A stretch of DNA of 64,000 bases from an uncultured Verrucomicrobiota bacterium (GCA_964388845.1 CAYMCD010000004.1:452-64451), one strand, 5' to 3'; numbered from the stretch's first letter, positions 29,151-38,858 are shown. Notes: generated by a model not told the origin, from the sequence alone. Program-made: numbers and translations.

Positions 29151-30127
29151 GGCAGCCCCTCCCGGTCGCGCGACGGGTTCGCTTCGCCCGTCGGTTCCAT
29201 GAGCGAGCGCAGGCGCGCGCGAAAATCCACGGCATTCAGGCGGGCCAGCCGGACGGCCATCCACAGGAAGAGAAGGAATCCCGGGAGCAACACCAGGGCG
29301 GGAACTTGTTCGTCAATGCGCGCGGCGGAACCGGGCGAGGCGAATTCCGACCACAGGCAAAGCGCGACGCCGCGCGCGACCGTGGCGAGCAGGAACGCGA
29401 GCGGCGACAGGGCCACGACCAGCAGCCGGCGCGCCGGCTTGAGCCGCGAGAGTTCGGCCACGAACACGGCGAGCAGCATGCACGCGAAAAGGGCGTACAC
29501 GCTGCTGGTCGGGTCGGCGAGGTCAACCGCCCAGGCGCGGGTTTCGCTCTCCATCAGCACGGAGCCGACGGCCTGCACGCCGAGTCCCACGCCGGACGCA
29601 AGGACCGCCGCCGCGCGCGCGGCGGCGATGCGCATCGGGTTCAGCAATTGGTCAAAGAAGTTCAGGGGCATGGAAAGCAGCAGCACCAGCGTCGGATAGG
29701 CGAGTGCGCGCAGGAGCGCTCCTCCCCAGGCGAACGCCGGGATCGCCCACCACAACAGGAACAGGGCGAGCAGGCTCAACCGGGTTTGCTGCGCCTTCGC
29801 GCCGAACACGTGGAGGGCGAGTGCGGCGAGGACGATCGCGAGGGCGGGCCAGCAGACGCGCGACGGCGCGTGCGCCCAGGCCCCGCGCCTGCGCCACGCG
29901 AGCCAGGCTGCCAGGGGGACGGCCAGGAAGTTCAGGGAGTAGCTCGTCTGGTGCCAGTCCACCAGCCAGCGCCCGTACAGCCAGCGGAACGCGGAGGGGT
30001 TCTGCTTGTGCGCCAGATAGCCGATATCCGTGACGCCGTGGAACGCAAACAGGAACCACCACGCCGCCAGCGCAGACGCGGCGGCCAGCGCGGTGGGCCA
30101 TCGGCCGGATGGGAGAAGACCTCGCAT
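29147..30127 (-). CDS. Exosortase-family membrane protein (copy 1) with non-canonical residues at the catalytic positions (DPTSS and TVAR in place of DPCSG and NIAR)
   Basis: 326-aa polytopic protein sharing LGAKAQQTRLSL(L/F)..L(L/I)(W/I)WA(I/V)P and overall colinearity with the canonical exosortase at 48181-49146. Aligning the two by eye, ..FDVADPCSGIRSL../..AIVGNIARIVVV.. in copy 2 corresponds to ..AVDLADPTSSVYAL../..LLATVARGVAL.. in copy 1. Confidence 0.75.
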   Translation of the reverse strand: MRGLLPSGRWPTALAAASALAAWWFLFAFHGVTDIGYLAHKQNPSAFRWLYGRWLVDWHQTSYSLNFLAVPLAAWLAWRRRGAWAHAPSRVCWPALAIVLAALALHVFGAKAQQTRLSLLALFLLWWAIPAFAWGGALLRALAYPTLVLLLSMPLNFFDQLLNPMRIAAARAAAVLASGVGLGVQAVGSVLMESETRAWAVDLADPTSSVYALFACMLLAVFVAELSRLKPARRLLVVALSPLAFLLATVARGVALCLWSEFASPGSAARIDEQVPALVLLPGFLLFLWMAVRLARLNAVDFRARLRSLMEPTGEANPSRDREGLP

Positions 30128-30146
30128 GAGGGAGGCGGCCGACAGG

Positions 30147-31157
30147 CTATTTCACCAGACGCGCCCAGGAGGGCGGCAGGTTGCGGGGGACTTCGATCCC
30201 CTCGAAGGGTTTGCCCGAGCGGGCGCCGGTCTCTTTGACCCAGGCGGCCATTCGCGCGAGTCCCTCGTCCAGGGGGACGTTCCGGCAGAGGCCACCGAAA
30301 TGCCGCCGGACCTTCTCGTGTGACGAAAAAGCGTGGACGACCTCATTCCGGGCCGGCAGGTGCCGGACCTGTGGTTTCACGCCCATGGCTTTCGCCACGG
30401 ATTCGGCGAGCGTCAGGACGGAATAGGGCGTGTCCGCGCCGACGTTGAAGACCTCGTTGAGCGCCTCCGGTCGTTCGATCGCTTGCGCGATGACGGGCGC
30501 CACGTCATCTATGTAGCTGAACGCGCGCGTCTGGTTCCCGTCGCCAAAGACGGTCATGGGCAATCCCTGGAGGATCTGGTTCATGAAGATGCCGATGACG
30601 TTCCGGTAGGGATCGCCGATATTCTGCGATTCCCCGTAGACATTGTGCGGGCGGAAGACGATGTAGGGCAGGCCGAACATCTCGTGGGCCTCCTTGAGAT
30701 CCAGCTCCACCGCGAATTTTGCGATGCCGTAGGGATCCTCGGGCATCGGCGTGGCGTCCTCCGTCATCGGGGCCTGGTTTCGTCCGTAGACCGCGATGGA
30801 GGAGGTGAAGACGAAGCACTTGACCGTGCCGGTGTTGACGGACGCGTTGATGAGATTGACGCTGCCGATCAGGTTGTTCGAATAGTTGAACCGCTTGATG
30901 AAATGGCTCAGCCCCTCGGCCGCATAGGCGGCGAGATGAAACACGTACTCAAACCGGTGTTCGGCGAACAGGCGATCCACGAGCGCGTGGTCGAGGATGG
31001 AGCCCTGGACAAAGGAGGCGCCCCGGGGGACATTTTCGGTGAAACCGCCCGAGAGATCGTCCATCGCCACGACGCGATGGCCCCGTTCGAGCAGGCGCCG
31101 GGCGACATGCGATCCGATGAAGCCGGCCGCGCCGGTGACGAGGGTGGAGGGTTTCAT
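30147..31157 (-). CDS. NAD-dependent epimerase/dehydratase (UDP-sugar 4-epimerase-like SDR)
   Basis: Starts MKPSTLVTGAAGFIGSHVARRLLERGHRVVAMDDLSGG (Rossmann GxxGxxG). Has the catalytic YGIAK. The ORF-track N-terminal extension to 31847 is Arg/Pro-rich junk overlapping the next gene. Confidence 0.85.
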   Translation of the reverse strand: MKPSTLVTGAAGFIGSHVARRLLERGHRVVAMDDLSGGFTENVPRGASFVQGSILDHALVDRLFAEHRFEYVFHLAAYAAEGLSHFIKRFNYSNNLIGSVNLINASVNTGTVKCFVFTSSIAVYGRNQAPMTEDATPMPEDPYGIAKFAVELDLKEAHEMFGLPYIVFRPHNVYGESQNIGDPYRNVIGIFMNQILQGLPMTVFGDGNQTRAFSYIDDVAPVIAQAIERPEALNEVFNVGADTPYSVLTLAESVAKAMGVKPQVRHLPARNEVVHAFSSHEKVRRHFGGLCRNVPLDEGLARMAAWVKETGARSGKPFEGIEVPRNLPPSWARLVK

Positions 31158-31213
31158 GGGGATTCCTTGTTCAACGGCGGCATTAAACGCCGGGGCGGAC
31201 GAGCGAGGCAACG

Positions 31214-32797
31214 TCATTCTTGCGGTTGAGGCGCCCACAGGCGGTAGTGGCGGGACTCGGCGACCGGCGTGTAATGCTGCGCCAGCCAGGGGCCGTAACA
31301 GCGCATGAAGGGGATCCGGTGGCTGTCTCCCTGGGCCATCAGGACCCAGGGGCGGTCCTGGAACACAAATTCGGGCGGCGGGTGGTGGGCCTCGCTGAAG
31401 TTGAATCCGGGATACCAGAACGCCGCGCCGCCCCGGGGCGGCGGCCGTTGCAGGCCGAAGGAAAAGGCGTCGCTGTAGTCGAGTCCCTGGATGCGGGCCC
31501 CGGCGGGCGCGTGCGCGCGGACCAGCGCGAGGCCATCGTTGATCTGGTCCGCGACGGATTTCCGTTTCGCCGAAAGGCGGAAATCGGCCAGGGCGTGCGC
31601 CGCGAAAGCGGTTCCGGGCGGCGGCGGCCTGCGCGCCGATCCCCAGCTGCTCGCGAGCGACGCGGCATCGCCAAGAAACTGCGGCGCCCAGAGGATGGCC
31701 AGCAGGACCGCCGCCCACCTCTTTTCCGGACGGCGTCCGGCGACCCGCCGGTGAATGGCCATGAGGACGCCCAAGGCGACGGCGACGGCGAAGGCATAGT
31801 GCTGCCGTTGCTGGCTCGCGAAGGCGATGAGGACGGAGAGTCCCCACAATCCGAACAGCGCGAGGGCGACCCGCGCGCCCTGGGCGCGCGTGAGCGCGGT
31901 CCGCAGCAGCGCCCAGAGCCCCGCGAACACCAGCAGCGCGGGTGCGCCTTTGGCCGCGCTGCCCAGCAGGCGTCGCAGTTGCGAGTCTTCATAGCCGAGT
32001 CGAAAGGGGGCCGTGATGTCGCGGAGCCAGTCGCCGGCGTTCAGGCCGAGCAGGGCATGGAGCGCGGCGGCCGTCAGCGCGGCCCCGAGTGCCAGCGGCA
32101 ACAGACTGCGCGGACGCAGGCCGGACAGCAGCGCGAACCCCATCACGACACCCGCCGCCAATCCGTAGCTGAATTTCGTCAGCGCGAGCAGGGTGAGCAA
32201 CGCCCCGGCCGCCCCATGATCGAGGGCGGGTTCGGCCCCGCGTGCGTTCCGCGGCGGGACCAGCAGGATCCAGGCGAACACCGACAGCAGCCCCTCCGCA
32301 ATGCGGTTGTAGAGGAAGGCGTGGCTCCGGACATCGTAGGCTTCGCCGGCCTGGCGGGTGGCCATCACGAGGGCCGCGCAAAACAGCGCGGCGGCCAGGG
32401 CGAGCCCGGGCGTGGTCCGGCGCCGCAGCATGAAAAAGGAAGCCGCCGCGAGCAGCGCGCCGAGCACGGCCTGGCCGGCGGCGATGCCGCCCACGCAAGG
32501 GCCCTTGAGCTTCATGCCCAGCGCGGTCAGGTAGGCGAGAAACGTGCCCGTCGTGAGGGAAAAATCGGTGTGTGGGACCTGGCCGTGCAGGATGCGCCAC
32601 CCGCTGTTCAGCCAGAAACAGGTGTCCCAGACCGATAGATTCTGTTCTCCGCTTCCCGCCGTCCACAACGACGCGAAGGCCAGCGCGGCGGCCAGGAGCA
32701 GCGCCAGGGCCGCCGCGCGCCAGGAGACGAGCGGGGCTTGCTGGCGGTTATCGCCGTCTGCTACAACGTCCGTCTCTTCCTGGGAATCGAACAGCAT
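31214..32797 (-). CDS. Polytopic membrane protein of unknown function (about 10-12 TM segments); start uncertain
   Basis: ORF 31214-32842 is hydrophobic throughout (..ALLLAAALAFASLWTAG.., ..LLTLLALTKFSYGLAAGVVMGFALLSGL..). Any ATG start (32842, 32809 or 32797) overlaps or abuts the divergent GT1 start at 32796, so the true start may be an internal GTG or TTG. Confidence 0.5.
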   Translation of the reverse strand: MLFDSQEETDVVADGDNRQQAPLVSWRAAALALLLAAALAFASLWTAGSGEQNLSVWDTCFWLNSGWRILHGQVPHTDFSLTTGTFLAYLTALGMKLKGPCVGGIAAGQAVLGALLAAASFFMLRRRTTPGLALAAALFCAALVMATRQAGEAYDVRSHAFLYNRIAEGLLSVFAWILLVPPRNARGAEPALDHGAAGALLTLLALTKFSYGLAAGVVMGFALLSGLRPRSLLPLALGAALTAAALHALLGLNAGDWLRDITAPFRLGYEDSQLRRLLGSAAKGAPALLVFAGLWALLRTALTRAQGARVALALFGLWGLSVLIAFASQQRQHYAFAVAVALGVLMAIHRRVAGRRPEKRWAAVLLAILWAPQFLGDAASLASSWGSARRPPPPGTAFAAHALADFRLSAKRKSVADQINDGLALVRAHAPAGARIQGLDYSDAFSFGLQRPPPRGGAAFWYPGFNFSEAHHPPPEFVFQDRPWVLMAQGDSHRIPFMRCYGPWLAQHYTPVAESRHYRLWAPQPQE

Positions 32798-33938
32798 GGG
32801 TTTACGCATCGCAATCGCGGGGATTCGCGGCCTGCCGTCCACCTACAGCGGGTACGAAACCTTCATAGCCGAACTGGCGCCGCGCCTCGTCCGGCGCGGG
32901 CATCAGGTCACCGTGTACTGCCGGCGCGCCCTTTTTGCCGAACGCCCCGCCGAGTTTCAAGGCATGAAAATGGTGTATCTGCCGAGCCTGGAACACAAGG
33001 CTTTCAGCACGCTGTCGCACTCGCTCCTGGCGGTCGCGCACGCGACGATTTCCCGGCATGACCTGGTGTTTGTGGTGAATGCCGCCAACGGAATGTTCGG
33101 GATCATCCCCCGCATGGCGCGGAAACCCTCCGTGTTGAACGTGGACGGAATGGAATGGCTGCGGCCGAAGTGGAACCGGCTCGCCAAATGGGTGTTCCAC
33201 ACGTCCGCCAAACTCGGCGCCCGATTCTACGACGAAATCGTGACCGATGCCGACGAAATGCACCGGCTCTACGCGAAGGAATTCGGGATTGATTCGGAAT
33301 ACATCGCGTACGGCGCCAATATCGAAACCTCCACGACCCCGGCGATCCTCGAGACCTACGGGCTCTCGCCGCGCGAATACTACCTGATCGCGAGCCGGCT
33401 GATCCCGGACAACAACGCCGACCTGATCGTCGAGGCCTTCGTGAAATCGGGCGCCCGGCGCATCCTCGCCATCGCGGGCGGCGCGGACTACAAGGGCAAC
33501 ACGGTGGAGAAAACCTTCATAGACAAACTTAAGGCGCTCGGCGGCGACAGGGTGAAATTCCTGGGCCATGTCAATTCCACCGGCCATGTGAAGGAGTTGC
33601 ACTGCAACTGCTATGCCTACGTGCATGGGCATCAGTTCGGCGGGATCAATCCGTCCCTGCTCAAGGCGCTGGGATTCGGAAACATGATCCTGGCGCTGAA
33701 CACGCCGTTCAACGCGGAGGTGCTCGACGGCGGCCGCTACGGGATTCTGTACGAAAAGACCGTGGATGACCTGGCCGAAAAGATGGCTGCGATTGACCGC
33801 GACGAGGCGCGGGCGGAGGAATTCCGCGGGCGCGCGCCGGACCGCATCCGCGAACGGTTCACCTGGGACCAGATCACGGACCAGTACGAGCGCCTGTTCC
33901 AGTCTGTCGCGGACCGCCGGAAACGGTCAGCCCAGTAA
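32796..33938 (+). CDS. Glycosyltransferase family 1 (GT4-type)
   Basis: MGLRIAIAGIRGLPSTYSGYETFIAELAPRLVRRGHQVTVYCR.. with the C-terminal GT1 core ..ASRLIPDNNADLIVEAF..FGGINPSLLKALGFGNMILALNTPFNAEVL... The ORF-track start at 32544 includes a non-coding-looking leader. Confidence 0.85.
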   Translation: MGLRIAIAGIRGLPSTYSGYETFIAELAPRLVRRGHQVTVYCRRALFAERPAEFQGMKMVYLPSLEHKAFSTLSHSLLAVAHATISRHDLVFVVNAANGMFGIIPRMARKPSVLNVDGMEWLRPKWNRLAKWVFHTSAKLGARFYDEIVTDADEMHRLYAKEFGIDSEYIAYGANIETSTTPAILETYGLSPREYYLIASRLIPDNNADLIVEAFVKSGARRILAIAGGADYKGNTVEKTFIDKLKALGGDRVKFLGHVNSTGHVKELHCNCYAYVHGHQFGGINPSLLKALGFGNMILALNTPFNAEVLDGGRYGILYEKTVDDLAEKMAAIDRDEARAEEFRGRAPDRIRERFTWDQITDQYERLFQSVADRRKRSAQ

Positions 33939-35033
33939 TTCATGGAGGGCCGTCCGGATGCCGGGGCGGAGGTCCGCGTCATGGCAGATCCATCGTTCCT
34001 GCAGGCACCGGCCCATGCAGGGCGCCAGCGGGCAGGTGGTGCTCGCGACGGAGCGGCAGCGATCGCCATACGGCCCGAACCACTGGGGTTTGCTCGCGAG
34101 GAAGACCGCTACGACCGATTTCCCGAGCGCGGCCGCGATGTGGCTCACGCTGGTGTCGTTGCAGAGCACGCCGTCGGCCGCCCCGGTCAGGGCCATCAAC
34201 TGCTCCAGCGAATCGGGTTGGAATAGGGGGAACTCCCCGCGCCACGAGGAGGGCCACGTCTTTTCCGGGGCATTGACGAGGATGCACAGCGCGCCGCGCG
34301 CCGCGAGCTCCTCGCGCGCCACCGCGCCGAACTGGAGCAGGGACCAGCGCTGCGCGGGGACCCGCGCGCCGGGATGGACGAGCCAGATCGGCCTGCCCGC
34401 CGCCCGCGCCGCAGCGATGCGTTCCGCCAGGTCGGCGGGCAGCGGGATCGCCGGGGGCGTGAACCACGGCGCGGATGCATCCCATGCGAGATCGAGCGCG
34501 GCGGCGATTTGCCGCCAGTTGTCAACGTGATGCTGGTCCTCGCGGTCGCGGTTCAATGCCGTGGTCAGGATCGGTTCGCGCATGATCGTGCGCCCCGCGC
34601 GGTCCAGGATCCGTCCGATGAGCAGCTGGCGGCGGCGCCAGGGCAGGTGGGGGGCGTAATAGTTGGTCCCCGACATGGAAAATCCGACGCGCCGGGGGAC
34701 GCGGGCGAGGGCCATCAGGCCGTGGACCCGCGTGTCCGCCCAGACGGACACCGCCACGTCCGCCCGCACGTCGCGCAGATTGCGGATCAACGTTTTCCAG
34801 CCCGCGCGGAACCACGACGGCCGGGTCTGCAGCGTGCCGGGCTCCAGCCAGGGCGGCTGCCAGGCGAGGATGCGCTCCGCCGGCAGGGCGAGGCGGAAAA
34901 TCCGCGCCACGCCCGGCGCGCACACGACATGCACCTCGTAGCGGGCGGCCGCGGCCCGGATGAACGGGAGGCTCATGACCGCGTCGCCGAGCATGCGCTG
35001 TTCGAACACCAGAAGTCGCGTGGGACCGTTCAT
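33927..35033 (-). CDS. Glycosyltransferase family 9 (heptosyltransferase-like)
   Basis: MNGPTRLLVFEQRMLGDAVMSLPFIRAAAARYEVHVVCAP.. and a C-terminal ..GAADGVLCNDTSVSHIAAALGKSVVAVF.., typical GT9 motifs. ATGA overlap with the upstream gene stop (35030-35033). Its 3' end overlaps the convergent GT1 gene by 12 nt. Confidence 0.75.
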   Translation of the reverse strand: MNGPTRLLVFEQRMLGDAVMSLPFIRAAAARYEVHVVCAPGVARIFRLALPAERILAWQPPWLEPGTLQTRPSWFRAGWKTLIRNLRDVRADVAVSVWADTRVHGLMALARVPRRVGFSMSGTNYYAPHLPWRRRQLLIGRILDRAGRTIMREPILTTALNRDREDQHHVDNWRQIAAALDLAWDASAPWFTPPAIPLPADLAERIAAARAAGRPIWLVHPGARVPAQRWSLLQFGAVAREELAARGALCILVNAPEKTWPSSWRGEFPLFQPDSLEQLMALTGAADGVLCNDTSVSHIAAALGKSVVAVFLASKPQWFGPYGDRCRSVASTTCPLAPCMGRCLQERWICHDADLRPGIRTALHELLG

Positions 35034-36550
35034 CGAATGACCCTCCGTGGCGAGCCGACCGGGTGCGCCTCCGGTCCCGGCGCGGCCGGCGGCTCGGCGC
35101 GCTTTTCCGCGTCGCGATACGCGGCAAAAGCGATGCCGGCCCACATCAATTCGACCCCCGGGAAAGAGCCGCTGATGGGACTGAACAGCAGATAAAGAGC
35201 GGCATGCACGAAGGCGATGAAATAGATGACGGACGCATCGTCCCGCAGTTTGTGGCGGAAAAGGGTTCGGATGGGATCCCCGAGCAGGCGCAGGAAAACG
35301 GATAGATACAGCCAGCCGCCGACCACGCCGGTGGTCGCCAGAATGGTCCAGAGCGCCCGTTCATAGCGGGCGGTCTGCGCGGCGTTCTGGATGCCCAGGT
35401 AGAAGTCGTAGCGGAAGCCGTGCATATCCGGATCGAACGGATGGATCCGGTTGCCGATGAAAAAAGATCGCCACGAATCGAGCCAGCGCTCCCGTCCCGC
35501 GCGGAACAGCTCGCGGTGCCATAGATTGCTGCCCTCGAGCTGGGCCTGGATATCCAGCCGCTGCTCGAAAATCAGGATGGTCAGGGCCCGCCGGGGCCCC
35601 TCGGGGAGCTCGTAAAGGATTTCGGGTTTTGCGTTCACAAACAGGACGACCGCGATTGCGAAGATGCCGAACAGCGTGAGCAGGATGAGCCGGCGCTGGA
35701 CGAGCATCCACAGGACCGGGATCACCCCCAGCATGGCCACGGTGACGCGCCCGCTGCCGAGCAGGAGAAACCAGACCGAGAATATGGCGATGAGAAGGTG
35801 CACGAACTTGATCCCGGCGCCGCGGGAGGCGGAAAAGAGCGCCAGCGCGAGAATCAGCAGGCGGCGCGGCGCGTCGCGCAATTCCATCGCCCCGTATTCG
35901 GAGAACAGGAAAAATGCGTTGACGCCCCGGAAGAAGAGGAATCCCGGAAAGAAGTAGCTGTAGATGCCGATGGCCACGCGGAAAACAAGCCCGACATAAA
36001 CGAGAATGAGCAGCAGCCGGATCCAGCGGGATGCCCCGAAATGGAAAACGAAGGGAACGAATATCAGCGGCCACAGCGCCATCGTGTAGGTGCGCACGAT
36101 GTTGCCCATGCCGATCCCATGCGCGTAGCGGTTGATCAGCAGGCTGCCGAACAGATGGATGGTGATATAGACGAGCAGGGCATAGACCGTCCACGGGAGC
36201 CGCCCCCGGTGTTGCTCCATGGTCTTGGGGTTGATCGCCACCGCCGGGACCAGGGCGAGCAGGGCCATCAGCAGGGCGATTTCGTGCGAATAGATGCGGA
36301 AGCCCACCCAGATCAGTCCGCCGATGGACGTGGCGATCGGAAGGGGCAACCACCACACCCGGCGGCCGCCGACGACCCAGATGACTCCGCCGATCAGGAT
36401 CGCGGCGGTGATCAGCGCATAGGTCCCGCCGCGCATGGTCTGGACCACTACGTACAAGGCCAGGCCGGTCAGCAGCAGGCCGACGAGCAGCAGATTCAAC
36501 CGCGCCACGTCAACGGGGGGCGGGGCGCGCTGTTCGAGTCCGGGTTTCAC
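35030..36550 (-). CDS. O-antigen ligase / polymerase-like (Wzy_C family) polytopic membrane protein
   Basis: About 12 TM segments with a large hydrophilic loop (..NAKPEILYELPEGPRRALTILIFEQRLDIQAQLEGSNLWHRELFRAG..). GTG start at 36550 forms a GTGA overlap with the upstream GT1 stop. The long ORF-track N-terminus (to 37186) is Arg/Pro-rich junk. Confidence 0.55.
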   Translation of the reverse strand: MKPGLEQRAPPPVDVARLNLLLVGLLLTGLALYVVVQTMRGGTYALITAAILIGGVIWVVGGRRVWWLPLPIATSIGGLIWVGFRIYSHEIALLMALLALVPAVAINPKTMEQHRGRLPWTVYALLVYITIHLFGSLLINRYAHGIGMGNIVRTYTMALWPLIFVPFVFHFGASRWIRLLLILVYVGLVFRVAIGIYSYFFPGFLFFRGVNAFFLFSEYGAMELRDAPRRLLILALALFSASRGAGIKFVHLLIAIFSVWFLLLGSGRVTVAMLGVIPVLWMLVQRRLILLTLFGIFAIAVVLFVNAKPEILYELPEGPRRALTILIFEQRLDIQAQLEGSNLWHRELFRAGRERWLDSWRSFFIGNRIHPFDPDMHGFRYDFYLGIQNAAQTARYERALWTILATTGVVGGWLYLSVFLRLLGDPIRTLFRHKLRDDASVIYFIAFVHAALYLLFSPISGSFPGVELMWAGIAFAAYRDAEKRAEPPAAPGPEAHPVGSPRRVIR

Positions 36551-37713
36551 GTTGGGGTTCGCCGGGGCGCGGTGCGCCGGCCCTGCTGGTAAAGCGCCAG
36601 TATAGTTTCCGCCACGATCTTTGCATTCTTTTCCCACGTGAAAAGGGCTGCACGATCGCGGCCGGCGCCCGCCATCGTCTCGCGCCGGGCCGGGTCGTTC
36701 CACAAAAGCGTCAAAACGCCCTCGATTTCGCGGGGATTGAGGGCATCGAAGAGCAGGGCCGCGCCACCCGCGGTCTCTGGCAGGCTGGTGCTGTTGGAAC
36801 AGGCCACGGGCAGGCCCCGCCGCATGGCCTCCAGCACCGGCATGCCGAACCCCTCCGCGCGGGAGGGTTGCAGATAGGCGAGGGCGTTGGCGTAGGCCCA
36901 ATGGAGCTCGTTCTCGGGCACAAAACCGGGCGCGCGGACCGCGTCCGGGCGGGGCAGGGCCCGGATGCGCGGCGCGATGATTTCGTCGCGGTATGCCGGC
37001 GGACACGGCCCGAGAAGGGCCAGCGCCGGGGCATCGGCGTGGCGCTGTTGGAACAAGCGCCATGCCTCCAGCAGGGTGCGCTGGTTCTTGTTGTCGGAGA
37101 AGGACCCGACATAAAGGAAGAACGGTTGAGCGGGCGCCCACGCGGGCGGCTGGGCCGGAATCGGGCCGGGCGGGGTGACCCCGCAAGGCGTGACGATGAA
37201 TTTGTGGGCGTGGCGGGGGAACAGGCCGGCCATGCGGCGGCGGCCGTAATCCGAGAGGATGAAAAGCGCCCTGGAGCGGCGGACGCTGTGCCGCAGCAGG
37301 GCGCCCGTCAGCAGGTGACGGCCTGCGTTCCGCCGCCGGTGCCAGTCGTCCACATCCTCATAATAATTGGCGTCAAAATAGTTCGCCACCACCGGGGGCC
37401 CCGAAACCGGCGCAAAGAAGGCCGTCGAGAATCCGAGGGAGCACCCCGCGCGCCGCCAGATGCGGCCCAGTTCAAACGACGTGTAAACCGAAAACCTGCG
37501 GCTGCGGGCGACAATCGGATGGCATCGCGCGGCGATGTCGGCCAGCGGATTGTCCGCTCGCGTGAGCACGGGAACCCAGTCCCACGGAACGTCCATGTGC
37601 AGCAGCGCGCGCGCCTGCTCCTCAACGAGCCGCGCCGTGCCGGGCGCGCGCGCGCGCATCGCGGCGGGCGCCAGGTCAATGCCGACCTTCGGTCTGTTGC
37701 TCGGGCTGTCCAT
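36547..37713 (-). CDS. Glycosyltransferase family 1
   Basis: MDSPSNRPKVGIDLAPAAMRARAPGTARLVEEQARALL.. has the N-terminal pattern of GT4 enzymes. C-terminal ..EGFGMPVLEAMRRGLPVACSNSTSLPETAGGAALLFD.. carries the E-x7-E-like motif. A TTG at 37731 is an alternative start. Confidence 0.85.
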   Translation of the reverse strand: MDSPSNRPKVGIDLAPAAMRARAPGTARLVEEQARALLHMDVPWDWVPVLTRADNPLADIAARCHPIVARSRRFSVYTSFELGRIWRRAGCSLGFSTAFFAPVSGPPVVANYFDANYYEDVDDWHRRRNAGRHLLTGALLRHSVRRSRALFILSDYGRRRMAGLFPRHAHKFIVTPCGVTPPGPIPAQPPAWAPAQPFFLYVGSFSDNKNQRTLLEAWRLFQQRHADAPALALLGPCPPAYRDEIIAPRIRALPRPDAVRAPGFVPENELHWAYANALAYLQPSRAEGFGMPVLEAMRRGLPVACSNSTSLPETAGGAALLFDALNPREIEGVLTLLWNDPARRETMAGAGRDRAALFTWEKNAKIVAETILALYQQGRRTAPRRTPT

Positions 37714-37727
37714 GGCAGGCGGTGCGA

Positions 37728-38858
37728 TCAAAGCAGAAGCGATTCGAGATGTCGAAGGTATCGCAGGATCGCGGTGCGTTCGTCGTGACAGGCCGCGTCG
37801 AAGGAGGGGTTCAGGGGGAGGCCCTGGCGCGCGGCCGCGACCAAACGCTCCACCAGGGGGTCGAGCGAGCCGGTTGAGAAGCGATGCGATTCATCGCGCG
37901 CCACCTCGCGCAGGCTGGAGTTGTCGGCGACCAGCGCGGGACATCCGCACCCCATCGCCTCCAGCGGGGGTAGCCCGTAGCCCTCCATCAAAGAGGGGAA
38001 GACGAACAACTCCGCCCCCGCGTAGAGCGCGGGCAAATCCGCCTCGGCGATGAAGCCGGGCGCGAGGAGCGCCGCCGTGTCGAGCCCCGTTTTGCGCCGC
38101 GCCCCGGCGACGTCGCACAGGGTGGGGGCGCGTTTCGCCGGAATCCGTCCGGCCAGCACGAGCGGCGGACACGGCGCCTGCCGGCGCGCCCCGGCGTAGG
38201 CGCGGATAAGGAACTCCACGTTCTTGCGGATGTCGTAGCCGCCGAGATAGAGCCAGTACCGATCCGGGAGTTTGTAGCGCGCGCGTATCTCCGCGATGCG
38301 CGGGCGGGCGGCGGCCGGCGAAAAGCCGGGCGGCAGCCAGGCGGGGATGACCGAGATGCGTTCCGGCGCGAGACCGGTTTGCTCGGCGATGTCGGCTCGG
38401 GCGTGCTCGGACTCCGTGAAGATGACGCGCGCACGCCGGAGATATCGCTCGGCCTGACGCGCCATCCAGCGCCGGATGCCGAGCCGTCCGAGATACACCG
38501 GGAAGTGCCGATAGATGCAGTCGTGGTAGGTGATGGCCATGCGTTCGGGCGCGCGCGATCCCCAGAGGGGTCCCGGACTGAAGAAAACGGTATTGCCTTG
38601 GCAAAGTCGGCGATCCGACAAGAGGCGATGATTCCATGTCAGCACATCGAGAACGGCATGGTTTCGATGTCTGAACGCAAGCGGTTCCATGCCCAACGGG
38701 GGCGCGCCCGCCGTACGAGTCGCCGGCGCCAGCACGGTCACGTGATGCCGGCTCGAATCGAGATGCCGCCCCAGGCCCTCGAGGAGCCGGTTCGCGTAGG
38801 CCCCTTGGCCCACGGCGCCCATGCCGGCGTGCCAGCCGTTTATTATGATGTGGATCAT
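37728..38858 (-). CDS. Glycosyltransferase family 1
   Basis: MIHIIINGWHAGMGAVGQGAYANRLLEGL.. ..FPSLMEGYGLPPLEAMGCGCPALVADNSSLREV... ATGA overlap with the upstream GT2 stop (38855-38858). The ORF-track extension to 39485 was rejected. Confidence 0.85.
   Translation of the reverse strand: MIHIIINGWHAGMGAVGQGAYANRLLEGLGRHLDSSRHHVTVLAPATRTAGAPPLGMEPLAFRHRNHAVLDVLTWNHRLLSDRRLCQGNTVFFSPGPLWGSRAPERMAITYHDCIYRHFPVYLGRLGIRRWMARQAERYLRRARVIFTESEHARADIAEQTGLAPERISVIPAWLPPGFSPAAARPRIAEIRARYKLPDRYWLYLGGYDIRKNVEFLIRAYAGARRQAPCPPLVLAGRIPAKRAPTLCDVAGARRKTGLDTAALLAPGFIAEADLPALYAGAELFVFPSLMEGYGLPPLEAMGCGCPALVADNSSLREVARDESHRFSTGSLDPLVERLVAAARQGLPLNPSFDAACHDERTAILRYLRHLESLLL

Noticed and set aside
25030-29699. 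Alternative-frame ORFs 25030-27063 (-), 27313-28509 (-), 27858-29699 (+), 24561-26171 (+)
   Set aside because: They overlap the real secreted-protein, wbaP-like, epsI and exosortase genes in other frames or on the other strand, have Arg/Pro-rich junk translations and no motifs.
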